A DNA stretch of 64,000 bases from Alphaproteobacteria bacterium (GCA_965205265.1 CBDBGH010000003.1:1664001-1728000); one strand, 5' to 3'; positions 9,701 through 19,192 are shown, counted from the first letter of the stretch. Notes: generated from the letters alone by a model not told the origin. Translations and numbers: made by a program.

Positions 9701-10197
9701 TGAAGCGGGGGCGCAATGCGGTCAACATCGCAGGCACCGTGCTCTCGAAGCAGGAACGCACCTCGAGGCGCGGCAACCGTTTCGCTTTCGTTGCCGTTTC
9801 CGACAGTTCCGGCCAGTCGGAGATCACCCTGTTCTCGGAAGTGCTGGCTACGGCAAGGACGCTGCTCGATACCGGGAAACCGCTGCTGTTCGCCTGCGAG
9901 GCCGCCATGGACGGCGAGGATGTCCGCCTCACCGCGAAAAGCGTCGAGCCGCTGGACGCGGCGGTCGGCAAGACCGGCAACGGCGTCAGCATCTTCATCG
10001 ACGACTACGAGGCCCTGCCCCGCATCCAGAGCGTGCTGCAACGGGAGCCGGCCGGCCGCGGCGAGGTCCGGATCCTGTTCGACATGGACAGGACGCATGA
10101 GGTCCAGATGTCGCTTGGCAGCCGCTTCACCGTCACGCCCGGCATGCTCTCCGAGTTGAAGGCGATGAAGAATATCGAGGAAATCCAGGAGATTTAG
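6751..10197 (+). CDS. dnaE: DNA polymerase III alpha subunit
   Basis: FVHLRVHSAYS PHP domain, GPGRGSGAGS, SMPDFDIDF, FAGYGFNKSHA, internal clamp-binding motif QTNLF. Confidence 0.98.
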   Translation: MPHADFVHLRVHSAYSLSEGAVRIEDLVSLCKRSRMPAVAVTDSGNLFGAMEFAVYASQAGVQPIVGTLLAVGDTPRRHTRHDDEPAPILLLAQNETGYRNLLELVTASFLETPGTEAPHVEWSRLEGRTDGVIALSGGPRGPVGRALAEGRTELARQLLERLSGLFPGRLYVELMRHGDGGRPEEEEASIELAYALDLPLVATNDVHFGAEDDYEAHDALLCIASARRVEEEDRPRLTPDHRFKTAEEMRALFADLPEAADNTLAIARRCAFMPTESEPILPAFDPGVDEAEELRRLAREGLEGRLAEHVFPQGAGEEDAKPYRERLEYELGVIVDMKFPGYFLIVSEFIRWAKSKDIPVGPGRGSGAGSVVAWALQITDLDPLRWGLLFERFLNPERVSMPDFDIDFCQDRRDEVIAHVQDRYGHDRVAQIITFGKLQARAALRDVGRVLGMPFGQVDRISKLVPHNPANPPKLEDAVANEPALQTMRDEDETVRQLIHLALKLEGLYRHASTHAAGVVIADRPLQHIAPLYRDRGSSDIPAVQFSMKWAEASGLVKFDFLGLKTLTVLEDARKMLAEKGLEIDLLKLPLDDKKTFEMLSRGETVGVFQMEGAGMRDTLKKLKPTRFEDLIAVVALYRPGPMENIPTYIKRKHGKEGIDYMYETLQPILEETYGIIIYQEQVMQIAQVLSGYTLGGADLLRRAMGKKIQSEMDAQRETFINGAVSRGVEPKLAEKIFNLVDKFAGYGFNKSHAAAYALIAYQTAWLKANHPVEFMAASMTHELGNTDKLAPLLRELDRMDVALLPPDVQHSGALFQVEAAPDGTPAIRYALAAVKSVGRAAMEAVEKERGSGGPFKSPFDFAGRLGPRALNSRLLEKLAEAGAFDSLEPDRARVFAGAEMLMRHAAVEEEERTTNQTNLFGAVEDFVPDPKLPNAPNWEPMERLQHEFDATGFYLSAHPLDEYERYFPRLRVEPIRALPGLVKRGRNAVNIAGTVLSKQERTSRRGNRFAFVAVSDSSGQSEITLFSEVLATARTLLDTGKPLLFACEAAMDGEDVRLTAKSVEPLDAAVGKTGNGVSIFIDDYEALPRIQSVLQREPAGRGEVRILFDMDRTHEVQMSLGSRFTVTPGMLSELKAMKNIEEIQEI

Positions 10198-10208
10198 CCC
10201 GGAGGGCG

Positions 10209-11279
10209 CTACTCCCTCCGGCGGGCGGCGGGCCAGAGCATGCGGGCGAGCAGCGCCGCGCCGATCACCACGACGAAGAGGCGTCCGGTGTGGTGCGTCG
10301 CCACGAAGGCGACATCGATATCGAGCGAGAGCGCAATCAGGTTCATTTCAGCGAAGCCGCCGGGCGTATAGGCGAGGTGGACGGCCTTGAAGTCGAAGCC
10401 GCCCAGTGCCGCCACCAGCGCGGCGACGAGGAAGGCCACGGCCAGAAAGAAAGCGTAATACATGACCGAGACGGCCACCGTCCGCCCGAGCTCGCGCGGG
10501 CGGACGCCGACGAAGCGCGCCCCCGCCCCGCAGCCGATGAACACCTGGGCCATCGCCAGCAACTCCGTCGGCGGGCGGGAGGCCGTCAGGCCGCCGATAT
10601 GGGCGGCGGCGCTCACCAGCATCGGCCCGACCATCTGCCAGGCCGGAATGCGCAGCAGCTTCGCCGCGCCGCCGCCGATGACCGCAGACGCCGTGAGCAC
10701 GATCCAGTCCTCGAGGCTGAGGTCCGTCAGCCGCCACCCGCCGAGATCGGGCGGCGGCACATAGTCGGTGAGCAGCCGGTAGGCCGGCGGCACGATGAAC
10801 ATCACCATCAGGATGCGGGTCGAGTGGGACAGCAGAATGGCGCGCTCGTCCGCGCCCAGGGAAGGGCCGAGCAGCGCCATCTCCCCGAGGCCGCCCGGCG
10901 CGGCGCAGAAGAAGGCCGTGCGCCGGTCCATGCGCCCGACGCGGCGAAAGAACCACGCGCCGGCCGCCGCGCCGGAAATGGTGAAGGCGAGCATGCCGGC
11001 GAACACGCCGCCCCAGGTCACCAGCCGGTCCAGCACATCGGGTGCAAAGGCGGCGCCGAGCATGACGCCCAGCACGACCATCCACACGCGCCGCACGTCG
11101 TTCGGCATGTAAAGGCGCACGCCCGCCAGCGCTGCGACCGTGCAGGCGAACAGGCTGCCCATCATCCACGGCAGGGGGCTCTGGATCAGGGTGAACAGGT
11201 AGCCGCCGCTTGCGCCGATTGCGAGCGTCTTGAGAAGCAGGGGCCAGTTCCGCGCGAGCTCGCGCAATGCGCGCATCAC
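10209..11279 (-). CDS. AbrB-family duplicated membrane protein
   Basis: PLPWMMGS, two PGGxxEM repeats, many TM helices. Confidence 0.85.
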   Translation of the reverse strand: MMRALRELARNWPLLLKTLAIGASGGYLFTLIQSPLPWMMGSLFACTVAALAGVRLYMPNDVRRVWMVVLGVMLGAAFAPDVLDRLVTWGGVFAGMLAFTISGAAAGAWFFRRVGRMDRRTAFFCAAPGGLGEMALLGPSLGADERAILLSHSTRILMVMFIVPPAYRLLTDYVPPPDLGGWRLTDLSLEDWIVLTASAVIGGGAAKLLRIPAWQMVGPMLVSAAAHIGGLTASRPPTELLAMAQVFIGCGAGARFVGVRPRELGRTVAVSVMYYAFFLAVAFLVAALVAALGGFDFKAVHLAYTPGGFAEMNLIALSLDIDVAFVATHHTGRLFVVVIGAALLARMLWPAARRRE

Positions 11280-12043
11280 GGTTGGAACTGCTCCTTCAGG
11301 ATGCGCTCCTCCAGGCTCCGGTCGGGATCGAACAGCAGGTGCAGCTCCGTGCCCTCATCGCGATGCACCAGCACTTCGGCCGCGTCGCGCACTTCGGTAA
11401 AGTCGGCCACCGCGCTCACCGGCCGTTTGCGGGCCTCGAGAACGGTCAGCCGCACAGACACCGTGTCCGGCAGGATCGCGCCCGGCCAGCGCCGCGGCCG
11501 GAAGGCGCTGATCGGCGTGATGCAGAGCGACTGCCCCCGGAGCGGCAGGATGGGCCCGTGCGCGGAGAGGTTGTAGGCCGTGCTGCCGGCGGGCGTCGCC
11601 ACGATGACGCCGTCGCACATCAGCTCCTCCATGCGCACGACGCCGTCCACCTCGACGCACAGCTTCGCCGTCTGCCGCGTCTCGCGCAGCAGCGAGACTT
11701 CGTTGATGGCGCGCGCCCGGCGCATCTGCCCGGCAAGCGTGCGCGCTTCCATCAGCAGCGGGTGGAGGCTGACCGTCTCGGCGGCCCCGATCCGTTCGGG
11801 CAGGTCGTCCACGCGAAAGCCGTTCATCAGGAAGCCGACGCTGCCGCGGTTCATGCCGTAAATGGGCGGCGGGCGGTCGCCGAAGCTGTGCAGGGTCTCC
11901 AGCATGAAGCCGTCGCCGCCGATCGCCACGACAATATCCGCCTCCGCCGGCGGCCTGTCGCCATAGGCGGCCACAAGCGCCCGGCGCGCCTCCTGCGCCG
12001 CAGGCGTCTCGGCGGCAACGAACGCCAGGCGCGGATCGGTCAT
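11276..12043 (-). CDS. nadK: NAD kinase
   Basis: [37 protein letters not shown]. Confidence 0.95.
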   Translation of the reverse strand: MTDPRLAFVAAETPAAQEARRALVAAYGDRPPAEADIVVAIGGDGFMLETLHSFGDRPPPIYGMNRGSVGFLMNGFRVDDLPERIGAAETVSLHPLLMEARTLAGQMRRARAINEVSLLRETRQTAKLCVEVDGVVRMEELMCDGVIVATPAGSTAYNLSAHGPILPLRGQSLCITPISAFRPRRWPGAILPDTVSVRLTVLEARKRPVSAVADFTEVRDAAEVLVHRDEGTELHLLFDPDRSLEERILKEQFQP

Positions 12044-12061
12044 CCCGAAGAAGCGGCCGCG

Positions 12062-13084
12062 TCAGCCGCCGGTCACGCTCATATGGCGCGGGACCGAGAC
12101 CGCGCCCCGCCGCCGGTCGATGATGAAATCGTGGCCCTTCGGCTTGCGCGAGATCGCCTCGCGCACGGCCTCTTCCAGCGGAGCGTCTTCCGAAGCGGCC
12201 CTGAGCGGCGCACGGAGGTCGGCTGCATCCTCCTGGCCAAGGCACATATAGAGCGTGCCCGTGCAGGTCAGCCGCACCCGGTTGCAGCTTTCGCAGAAAT
12301 TGTGCGTCAGCGGCGTGATGAAGCCGAGCCGCCTGCCGGTTTCCTCCACCACGGCGTATCGCGCCGGGCCGCCCGTCATGTAATCGGTCTCGGCCAGCGT
12401 CCAGTTGCGCTCGATCTTCGCGCGCACCATGGAGAGCGGCATGTACTGGTCGAGGCGGTCCTCGCCGATGTCCCCCATCGGCATGACCTCGATGATGACG
12501 AGGTCGAAGCCGCGCTCGCCGCACCATGCGATCATGGCGTCGAACTCGTCGTCATTGACGCCGCGCAGCGCGACCGTGTTGATCTTGACCGAGAGCCCCG
12601 CGGCCTGCGCCGCGTCCAGCCCGGCCATGACCTGCTCGAACCGGCCCCACCGGGTGATGTCCTTGAATTTGGCCGGGTCCAGCGTGTCGAGCGACACATT
12701 CACCCGGCGTACGCCGGCCTCGAAGAGCCCTTCCGAGAAGCGGCCGAGTTGGCTGCCGTTCGTGGTCAGCGTCAATTCTTCAAGCCCGCCCCCGTCGAGA
12801 TGGCGGCCGAGCGAGTGGATGAGCTGCATCACATTGCGCCGCATCAGCGGCTCGCCGCCGGTGAGCCGCAGCTTGCGCACGCCCATGCGGACGAAGACGC
12901 TGCACAGGCGGTCGAGCTCCTCCAGCGTCAGCAGGTCGCGCTTCGGCAGGAACGTCATGTGTTCCGACATGCAATAGACGCAGCGGAAGTCGCAGCGGTC
13001 CGTCACCGATACGCGCAGATAGGTGATCGCGCGCCCGAACAGGTCGATAATCGGCGCCGCGCCGCCCCAGGGGCCGCCGTCCAT
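12062..13084 (-). CDS. moaA: GTP 3',8-cyclase (molybdopterin biosynthesis)
   Basis: [30 protein letters not shown]-terminal MSVTGG. Confidence 0.97.
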   Translation of the reverse strand: MDGGPWGGAAPIIDLFGRAITYLRVSVTDRCDFRCVYCMSEHMTFLPKRDLLTLEELDRLCSVFVRMGVRKLRLTGGEPLMRRNVMQLIHSLGRHLDGGGLEELTLTTNGSQLGRFSEGLFEAGVRRVNVSLDTLDPAKFKDITRWGRFEQVMAGLDAAQAAGLSVKINTVALRGVNDDEFDAMIAWCGERGFDLVIIEVMPMGDIGEDRLDQYMPLSMVRAKIERNWTLAETDYMTGGPARYAVVEETGRRLGFITPLTHNFCESCNRVRLTCTGTLYMCLGQEDAADLRAPLRAASEDAPLEEAVREAISRKPKGHDFIIDRRRGAVSVPRHMSVTGG

Positions 13085-13166
13085 CGTTTAGTGCCCTCCT
13101 CCACCCAGTGCGAAGCAATATAGACAGCGCGCGCGCGCCGTGCCAGCCCCGGCGCTTGCCGCCTGT

Positions 13167-13199
13167 CCCCTCCCGCTCGGCGGGAGGAGTTGGGGGAGG
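13167..13199. repeat. Single REP-like palindrome of the CCCCTCCC...GGGAGG type
   Basis: CCCCTCCCGCTCGGCGGGAGGAGTTGGGGGAGG hairpin between moaA and vapC. Confidence 0.5.
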
Positions 13200-13254
13200 C
13201 CCTTCCGGCGACGGGGCGTTCGTCGGGGAGAGTTTCGGGCGGGGAATGGCGCTC

Positions 13255-13683
13255 CTAATCCAGACGGCGCATTCGCAACCCGTCGAACCGTTCGAAGTCG
13301 CGGTCGTTCGTCAGGACCTCATCCACGCCATGCTCGCGGCACAGGGCGACGATCTGCGCATCGAACATCAGGTTGCCGCGCGCATCGGCTTCGTGCGCCA
13401 CCGCGAGAAGGCGGTCGATGAACGCCCCGCCCGGCCGCACGACCTCGCAAGTGGGAGCGGCAACGAGTCCTTCGATGAAAGCGGCCGCCTGCGCAATGCT
13501 CGACGGTGGGCTGAATACGCGCTTGTGCGTAACGACCCGCATAAACTCGGTGACGCAAAAGACCGGCAGCGCCCATCGTTCCGCGCCGGCGGCCAGAAAG
13601 CGGAGCTGCGAAACCGCTCTGTCGTGAAACTCGGTCTCGCCGCGGTGCGCGTAAATCAGGACGTTGGTGTCGACGGCGATCAT
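13255..13683 (-). CDS. vapC: PIN-domain toxin VapC
   Basis: IAVDTNVLIYA, conserved E, FDAQIVA, TNDRDF; 4-bp overlap with the antitoxin. Confidence 0.92.
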   Translation of the reverse strand: MIAVDTNVLIYAHRGETEFHDRAVSQLRFLAAGAERWALPVFCVTEFMRVVTHKRVFSPPSSIAQAAAFIEGLVAAPTCEVVRPGGAFIDRLLAVAHEADARGNLMFDAQIVALCREHGVDEVLTNDRDFERFDGLRMRRLD

Positions 13684-13925
13684 ACGCGGTCGATTACATC
13701 GTAAAGCGCGTCCCGGTCGGAGATGTCGATTTTCGGTGGGCTGTCCCCGGTCACGGTCTCCAGCCGCAGCTGGAACGGGCGCTCCGCTTCGCGCGTGGAG
13801 GACGCGGAGGCCAGCCGGGCGCGAAGCGCGTCCTCGACGAAGCTTGCTAGCGACACGCCGTCCCGCGCCGCGCAGGCCTTCGCCCGGCGCAGCACCTTTT
13901 CGTCCAGATTGAGCGTCGCTTTCAT
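13680..13925 (-). CDS. vapB: VapB-type RHH antitoxin
   Basis: MKATLNLDEKVLRRAK...SLASFVEDALR, C-terminal DISDRDALYD; coupled to vapC. Confidence 0.85.
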   Translation of the reverse strand: MKATLNLDEKVLRRAKACAARDGVSLASFVEDALRARLASASSTREAERPFQLRLETVTGDSPPKIDISDRDALYDVIDRV

Positions 13926-13965
13926 GGCCCGACCGTATCGCAGAAGAACGGCCAGCGAAAGCTCG

Positions 13966-14418
13966 CTACCGCTCCGTCCACCGCTTCCGCCGGCGGCGGG
14001 CGCGGGCGAGGCGGCGTTCGCGCTCGAGGCCGTGGCGCTTCAGGAAGTTCTGCACCGTGGCCGCATGGAACTCCAACCCCTCGGCGGCCAGCGCATCGCG
14101 CAGTCCGTACATGGAAAGCCCCGGGCGCTTCGCCAGGATGCGGACGATCCGCTCCCGCTCCGGCTCGATCCGCGAGGCGCTGCCGCCCATGCGCTCGCGC
14201 CGCACATGGCCGCGCTCGCGAAAGCGCTTCACCCAGCGGCCGATGCTGTCCCTCGACAACCCGAACCGCCGGGCCGCGGCGGAGATGCTCATGCCCTCTT
14301 CCAACACCGCCGCCACCGCCAGGCGCCGCAGCTCCTCGCCGACCGGGCGGCCCCGCACCCCCCGCTGCAGCAACCCACCCGTCGATTCGCCTTCACAACC
14401 TCGGATCGATTCCGCCAT
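13966..14418 (-). CDS. Stand-alone double-HTH protein resembling the IS630 transposase N-terminal part, no DDE domain
   Basis: RPVGEELRRLAVAAVLEEGMSISAAARRFGLS...RWVKRFRERG...MGG follows the IS630 N-terminal pattern. Strong RBS GGAGGAGG; Arg-rich tail. Confidence 0.75.
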   Translation of the reverse strand: MAESIRGCEGESTGGLLQRGVRGRPVGEELRRLAVAAVLEEGMSISAAARRFGLSRDSIGRWVKRFRERGHVRRERMGGSASRIEPERERIVRILAKRPGLSMYGLRDALAAEGLEFHAATVQNFLKRHGLERERRLARARRRRKRWTER

Positions 14419-14656
14419 CGCCGTTCCTCCTCCGGCCGCGCCCGTGTGGCCTCCGTAAGCACCTCAACCCCAATGCAGCTTTCCGGTCCTCCGGCCGCCC
14501 AGGCAGACTTCGACAACCGGCAGCCGGGCCGAGCTCCCCTCTTGTTGCCGCGGAGCGGCGGGTTCGCAGCGGAGGTCCGGAAAAAGCGGCTGGCGCGGCT
14601 CCGGAAGCCCATCAGATCCAGATCATGGCCCTTTCGCTCTGTCAGGGATAACAACG

Positions 14657-14689
14657 GAACATATATAGAACTTACGGGAAGAATGTCAA
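14657..14689 (-). promoter_or_regulatory. Sigma70 promoter overlapped by an alphaproteobacterial LexA (SOS) box
   Basis: Minus strand TTGACA-N16-TATATA. GAAC-ATATATA-GAAC (14657-14671) is the GAAC-N7-GAAC consensus and covers the -10. Confidence 0.75.
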
Positions 14690-14696
14690 GCGGTAG

Positions 14697-15869
14697 CTAC
14701 AGGGCGCTTTCCAGGATTTCGAGAATATCCCCGATGCTGCGCACCGGGCGCGGATTGGCGTGGACGAAGGGTTCGCGCATGGCCTGCTCCGCGATCTCCG
14801 GAAAGCGGTCCCGCCCGACCCCGACATCGCCGAGGCGCGACGGCAGGCCGAGCAGCGAGACAAGCTCGGCCACGAGGTCGGCCGCCGGGCGGTCCGGCTG
14901 CCCCATCGCCTCCGACACGACTCGCTGGCGTTCCGCCACCGCCTGCCGGTTCCAGCGCAGCACCGGGGCCAGCATGATGCAGGAGGTATAGCCGTGCGGC
15001 ACGTCGCAGGCGCCGCCGAGCACATGGCCTATGCCGTGGCTGGCGCCGACCGGCACCCCGGCGGTGACGCCGGCCATCGACATCCAGGCGCCGAGCTGGC
15101 TTTCGAGCCGCGCATCCACATCGCCGGGCGCCGCCTTCGATGCCGCGAGCGAGCGCGACAGAAGCCTGAGCGCCTGCAGATTCATGCCGTCGGTCCAGGC
15201 GTTGGCGCCCGGCGCGCAGAGGCCCTCTACCGCATGGTCCACCGCCCGGATGCCGGTAGAGAACCAGAGCCACTCCGGCGTATGCAGCGCGGCCCGGGGG
15301 TCGAGCACCACCGAAGTCGGGATCATATCCGGGTGCTCGTAGCCCTGCTTCTCCGGAATGCGCGTGTCGGTGCTGCCCTGGTAATGATAGTACTCGCCGC
15401 CGGAAAGCGTTGTCGGCACGGCGATCTGGCCGATATCGGGCCCCCGGAACTCCGGTTTCGTCTTCGTGCCGTCCGGCGCTACGACGGTGCGGAACGGTTC
15501 CATGTCGTCCACGGTTTCGAGCCCGTGCGCCAGCGCCAGCCGCGCCATCTTGCCGACGCCGGAAGCGGAACTGCCGCCGACGGTGACGATCAGGTCCGCC
15601 TTCGCCGCGCGGGCTTCGCGCGCCGCCGCGATCACGGTTTCCCGGTGGACATGGGCCGGAATGCCTTCGAACAGCCCGGCCGCGCGGTTTCCGAGGCCTC
15701 TGCGAATCTCCGAGACGACATCGCTCTCGCGGTTCAGCGTCCGGCTCACGATGAGGAAGACGCGCTCCGCCCCGAGCCGGCCCGCCTCCTCCGCCACGAC
15801 CTCCGCCGCGGGCCGTCCCCACACGACCCTCTGCATCCGCGAGAACACGACCTGGCCTGCCTTCGCCAT
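14697..15869 (-). CDS. Iron-containing alcohol dehydrogenase / maleylacetate reductase family
   Basis: VPTTLSGGE, RAVDHAVE, SHGIGH, VPHG. Confidence 0.88.
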   Translation of the reverse strand: MAKAGQVVFSRMQRVVWGRPAAEVVAEEAGRLGAERVFLIVSRTLNRESDVVSEIRRGLGNRAAGLFEGIPAHVHRETVIAAAREARAAKADLIVTVGGSSASGVGKMARLALAHGLETVDDMEPFRTVVAPDGTKTKPEFRGPDIGQIAVPTTLSGGEYYHYQGSTDTRIPEKQGYEHPDMIPTSVVLDPRAALHTPEWLWFSTGIRAVDHAVEGLCAPGANAWTDGMNLQALRLLSRSLAASKAAPGDVDARLESQLGAWMSMAGVTAGVPVGASHGIGHVLGGACDVPHGYTSCIMLAPVLRWNRQAVAERQRVVSEAMGQPDRPAADLVAELVSLLGLPSRLGDVGVGRDRFPEIAEQAMREPFVHANPRPVRSIGDILEILESAL

Positions 15870-15872
15870 GCC

Positions 15873-16583
15873 TCAGCCCCTCCCAAGCGCAATGCGCCAG
15901 CCCCTGAACCGCAACGGCTCGGCGGCGCGCGAATCGGAGAGATCGTAGCCCAGCCGGTCGAGTTTTCGGATATAGCCGCGTGTCAGCGCCGCGAGCGCGC
16001 GCCCGTAGCTGTCGCGGGCGGGCGCCAGAAGCGCCGCGGCCCGTTCCGCAACGGCGCGCGGCTCGGCGCCTTCGGGCAATGTCCAGCCGAAGAAGGCGGC
16101 GGCGCGCAGCCAGCCGACAAGCGCCCAGGCCGTGCCGGTATCCTCGCTGCCTGCCCGTCCGCTGACGATCTGCCCGGCAAGCGCCGCGAGCGTTCCGCCC
16201 GTCTCCCGCGCATAAGCCGGCAGGTCCGCGGGCGGCGTGGTTTCGAGATCCAGTTCCCGCGCATCGATAAGGCGGCGGAAGCGGTCCTCCGGCAAATCGT
16301 GATCGCGGATGGCGGCGGCCAGCGGCTGAAGCACGGCGTGGCGGCGCTCCCGCCCCAGGGCAGCTTCGTCGAGCGCATCGCGCCACCATTGCAGCCGCAT
16401 GGCGCCGAGAACCGGCTCGCCCGCGGTCTCGCGCAGCTGCGCCACTTCGAGATTGAAGGCGTGCAAGGCGTACAGGGCCGGGCGGGCCTCCGCCGGCTGG
16501 AAGGCAATGACGGCCGCGCGGTCCGGGTCGAAACGGCTGACCCGGTCCCGGCAATAGGCAGCGTCGTCATTCGATTCGGCCAT
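15873..16583 (-). CDS. Squalene/phytoene synthase family protein (NDUFAF6-like)
   Basis: FDPDR, ALYALHAFNLE, MRLQWWRDAL. Confidence 0.85.
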   Translation of the reverse strand: MAESNDDAAYCRDRVSRFDPDRAAVIAFQPAEARPALYALHAFNLEVAQLRETAGEPVLGAMRLQWWRDALDEAALGRERRHAVLQPLAAAIRDHDLPEDRFRRLIDARELDLETTPPADLPAYARETGGTLAALAGQIVSGRAGSEDTGTAWALVGWLRAAAFFGWTLPEGAEPRAVAERAAALLAPARDSYGRALAALTRGYIRKLDRLGYDLSDSRAAEPLRFRGWRIALGRG

Positions 16584-16748
16584 AGTCCATTGTATTCGGG
16601 ACGGGAAGTGTCGAAAGCCCGGACGGCTTTTCGCATTCGAGGCGGGCTTTGCAGCCGGGAAATCCCCAGCGGCAACGCAAACGCTGCTTGCTTTTCAAGG
16701 CGGCCCTGCTGATATAATCGCGCGAAAACCCGACGGGGAGGAGACTCG

Positions 16749-16844
16749 ATGAAGAACCCTTTGGAATCGCTTCACATGACGGTCGGACTGGGGGTCGTGT
16801 TGACCGTCGTCCTGATTATTGTCGCCCAGGCAATCGGCAGCTAG
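16749..16844 (+). CDS. 31-aa single-TM small protein, absent from the ORF track
   Basis: GGGGAGGAG RBS and upstream TATAAT. Sequence MKNPLESLHMTVGLGVVLTVVLIIVAQAIGS. Confidence 0.65.
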   Translation: MKNPLESLHMTVGLGVVLTVVLIIVAQAIGS

Positions 16845-16868
16845 GCGCGGAAGGGAGGACGATACGTC

Positions 16869-17372
16869 ATGGAAAATGAATTCCTTCTCCATCTCGTTCG
16901 CTGGTTCCATGTGCTGAGCGGAGTAATGTGGATCGGCCTGCTCTGGTACCTGAACTTCGTGCAGGTGCCGACCATGCCGAAAATCCCCGATGAGATGAAA
17001 CCCGCCATCGGCAAACACATCGCTCCGGCGGTGTTGTTCTGGTTCCGCTGGTCGGCGGCCTCGACGGTGCTCTGGGGCCTGTTGCTCGCGCTCATGCAGG
17101 GCACGTTCGGCGACTGGCTCGCCATCGGTCTCGCCGACGGCAGCAGCGTCAGCGCCTTTATCGGCATCGGCATGTGGCTCGGCCTCATCATGGCCTTCAA
17201 TGTCTGGTTCGTGATCTGGCCCAGCCAGAAGATCGCGCTCGGCATCGTTGACGCGCCCGATGACCAGAAACCCCCGGCTGCGCGGCGTGCGCTCCTGTTC
17301 TCGCGCACCAACACCATGCTCTCGATCCCGATGCTCTACGGGATGCTTGCAGCGCAGAACCCGCCCTTCTGA
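16869..17372 (+). CDS. PuuD-family (urate oxidase N-terminal-like) membrane protein without a cytochrome c domain
   Basis: RWFHVLSGVMWIGLLWYLNFVQ, FWFRW, NVWFVIWPSQK, SRTNT. Confidence 0.8.
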   Translation: MENEFLLHLVRWFHVLSGVMWIGLLWYLNFVQVPTMPKIPDEMKPAIGKHIAPAVLFWFRWSAASTVLWGLLLALMQGTFGDWLAIGLADGSSVSAFIGIGMWLGLIMAFNVWFVIWPSQKIALGIVDAPDDQKPPAARRALLFSRTNTMLSIPMLYGMLAAQNPPF

Positions 17373-18535
17373 TGGCGGCTGCCGGGCCGGCGTCGCCAGC
17401 GCCGGCCGGCCCGGCAATCAGGGAATATGCGCTGGCGCTCGGCTTCGACGCCGTCGGCTTTGCGCCGGCGGCGTCGCGCCTCGAGGTCCGCCGGAACCTG
17501 CGCGAATTCCTGGCGGAAGGACGCTACGGCGACATGGGCTGGCTCGCCGCGTATGAAGGCCGGCGTTCGAGTCCCGACGGGCTTTGGCCCGAAGCACGGA
17601 CAGTCATTGCGCTTGCCATGAGTTACGGTCCGGCGGCCGACCCGCTCGACCTGCTCTCGAAGAAGGAGCGGGGTACGGTCTCGGTCTATGCCCGCACCGC
17701 GCGCGACTACCACGATGTTATCAAGCGAAAGCTGAAACGGCTGGCCCGCTGGCTGGTCGAAAGCTATGGCGGGGCGGTCAAGGTCTTCGTCGATACCGCG
17801 CCGGTCATGGAGAAGCCCGCAGCCGAGGCTGCCGGTCTCGGCTGGCAGGGCAAGCACACCAATCTGGTATCGCGCCGCTACGGCTCCTGGCTCTTCCTCG
17901 GCGAGATATTCACGACGCTGGCGCTCAAGCCGGACGAGCCGCACGAGGACCGCTGCGGAAGCTGCCGCGCCTGCCTCGATGTCTGCCCGACCGACGCCTT
18001 CACCGCTCCCTACCGGCTGGACCCCCGGCGCTGCATTTCCTACCTCACCATCGAGCACAAGGCGCCCATTCCGCATGAGTTCCGCCGCGCGATGGGAAAC
18101 CGGATTTACGGTTGCGACGACTGCCTCGCCGTCTGCCCCTGGAACAAGTTCGCCGCCCGCGCCAGCGAACCGGAGCTACTGCCGCGCATCGAGCTGACAG
18201 CCCCAAAGCTCGCCGATCTCGCGGGTCTCGACGACAAGGGCTTCCGGGAGGTGTTCGCCGGCTCGCCGATCAAGCGCACCGGCCGCAACCGCTTTTTGCG
18301 CAATGTGTTGATCGCGGTCGGAAACAGCGCCGATGAAAGGCTCGTTCCGACCGCAAGGCAGGCGCTCGACGATCCGGCGCCGCTTGTGCGCGGCGCGGCC
18401 GTCTGGGCGCTCGGGGAGCTGCTGCCGAAAGAGGAATTCGACGGGATCAGGCGCACGCGCCTGCCTGCGGAAACCGAGGCGTCGGTCCGCCGGGAGTGGA
18501 CTTATGAGGAGCCGTCGGCGTCGAGCCGGCGATAG
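17372..18535 (+). CDS. queG: Epoxyqueuosine reductase
   Basis: DYHD, VDTAPVMEK, GWQGKH, two Fe-S Cys clusters, CISYLTIE, GCDDCLAVCPWN. Confidence 0.96.
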   Translation: MAAAGPASPAPAGPAIREYALALGFDAVGFAPAASRLEVRRNLREFLAEGRYGDMGWLAAYEGRRSSPDGLWPEARTVIALAMSYGPAADPLDLLSKKERGTVSVYARTARDYHDVIKRKLKRLARWLVESYGGAVKVFVDTAPVMEKPAAEAAGLGWQGKHTNLVSRRYGSWLFLGEIFTTLALKPDEPHEDRCGSCRACLDVCPTDAFTAPYRLDPRRCISYLTIEHKAPIPHEFRRAMGNRIYGCDDCLAVCPWNKFAARASEPELLPRIELTAPKLADLAGLDDKGFREVFAGSPIKRTGRNRFLRNVLIAVGNSADERLVPTARQALDDPAPLVRGAAVWALGELLPKEEFDGIRRTRLPAETEASVRREWTYEEPSASSRR

Positions 18536-18999
18536 CCGCCCGCGAAAAAGATCAGCGGCCGACCCGCCCCATCCGTCGCCAGCGTCTTGGCGCGGCCGAT
18601 GAGGATGTCGTGGTCGCCGCCGTCATGGATGGCTTCGGTCGCGCATTCGATCTGGGCGACGGCGCCCGCCATCAGCGGCGCGCCGCTCGCCTCACCGAGG
18701 GAATAGTCGAGGTCGTGCCAGGGCCGGGGCGCATTCTTGGTCGCGAAAATCGAGGAGAGCGAAGACTGGTCCTCCGCCAACACGTTGACGGCGAAATGCG
18801 TGCTGTCGAGAAACGCCTGGCGGCAATTCGCATCCTTGTCGAGGCAGAACAGCACCAGCGGCGGCTCCAGCGAAAGCGAACTGAAGGACCCGATGGTCAC
18901 GCCGTGCATTTCGCCGTCCTGCGCCGTGGTGGTTATCACGGTCACGCCGGTCGGCATGCGTCCGAGCGTATCCCGGAAGGCGCGTGGCTCGACGGTCAT
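18502..18999 (-). CDS. Flavin reductase family protein
   Basis: FRDTLGRMPTGVTVIT, SLSLEPPL, GGDHDILIG. Confidence 0.9.
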   Translation of the reverse strand: MTVEPRAFRDTLGRMPTGVTVITTTAQDGEMHGVTIGSFSSLSLEPPLVLFCLDKDANCRQAFLDSTHFAVNVLAEDQSSLSSIFATKNAPRPWHDLDYSLGEASGAPLMAGAVAQIECATEAIHDGGDHDILIGRAKTLATDGAGRPLIFFAGGYRRLDADGSS

Positions 19000-19192
19000 C
19001 CCCGGTTCCCCTCCCATTCCGGCGCGAGGCCCGCCCCTTGCACCGGAACCGGCGACCGGAGCGTCATGCCGATCATCCTATTGGCCCCCGTGCCGGCGCG
19101 CAAACCGGGCATGGCGTCTGGGGACAACCGATACTTGCCGCGCCGGCAGAGGTTCGGCCATATAGAGGCCCGAAGGATCGGGAGAAAATCGA

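Noticed and set aside
13966-14418. Active IS630 element
   Set aside because: No DDE catalytic ORF follows, and no terminal inverted repeats with TA duplication could be identified.
18502-18535. Convergent 3' overlap of queG and the flavin reductase
   Set aside because: Short tail-to-tail overlaps are common in GC-rich genomes; nothing here suggests a function.
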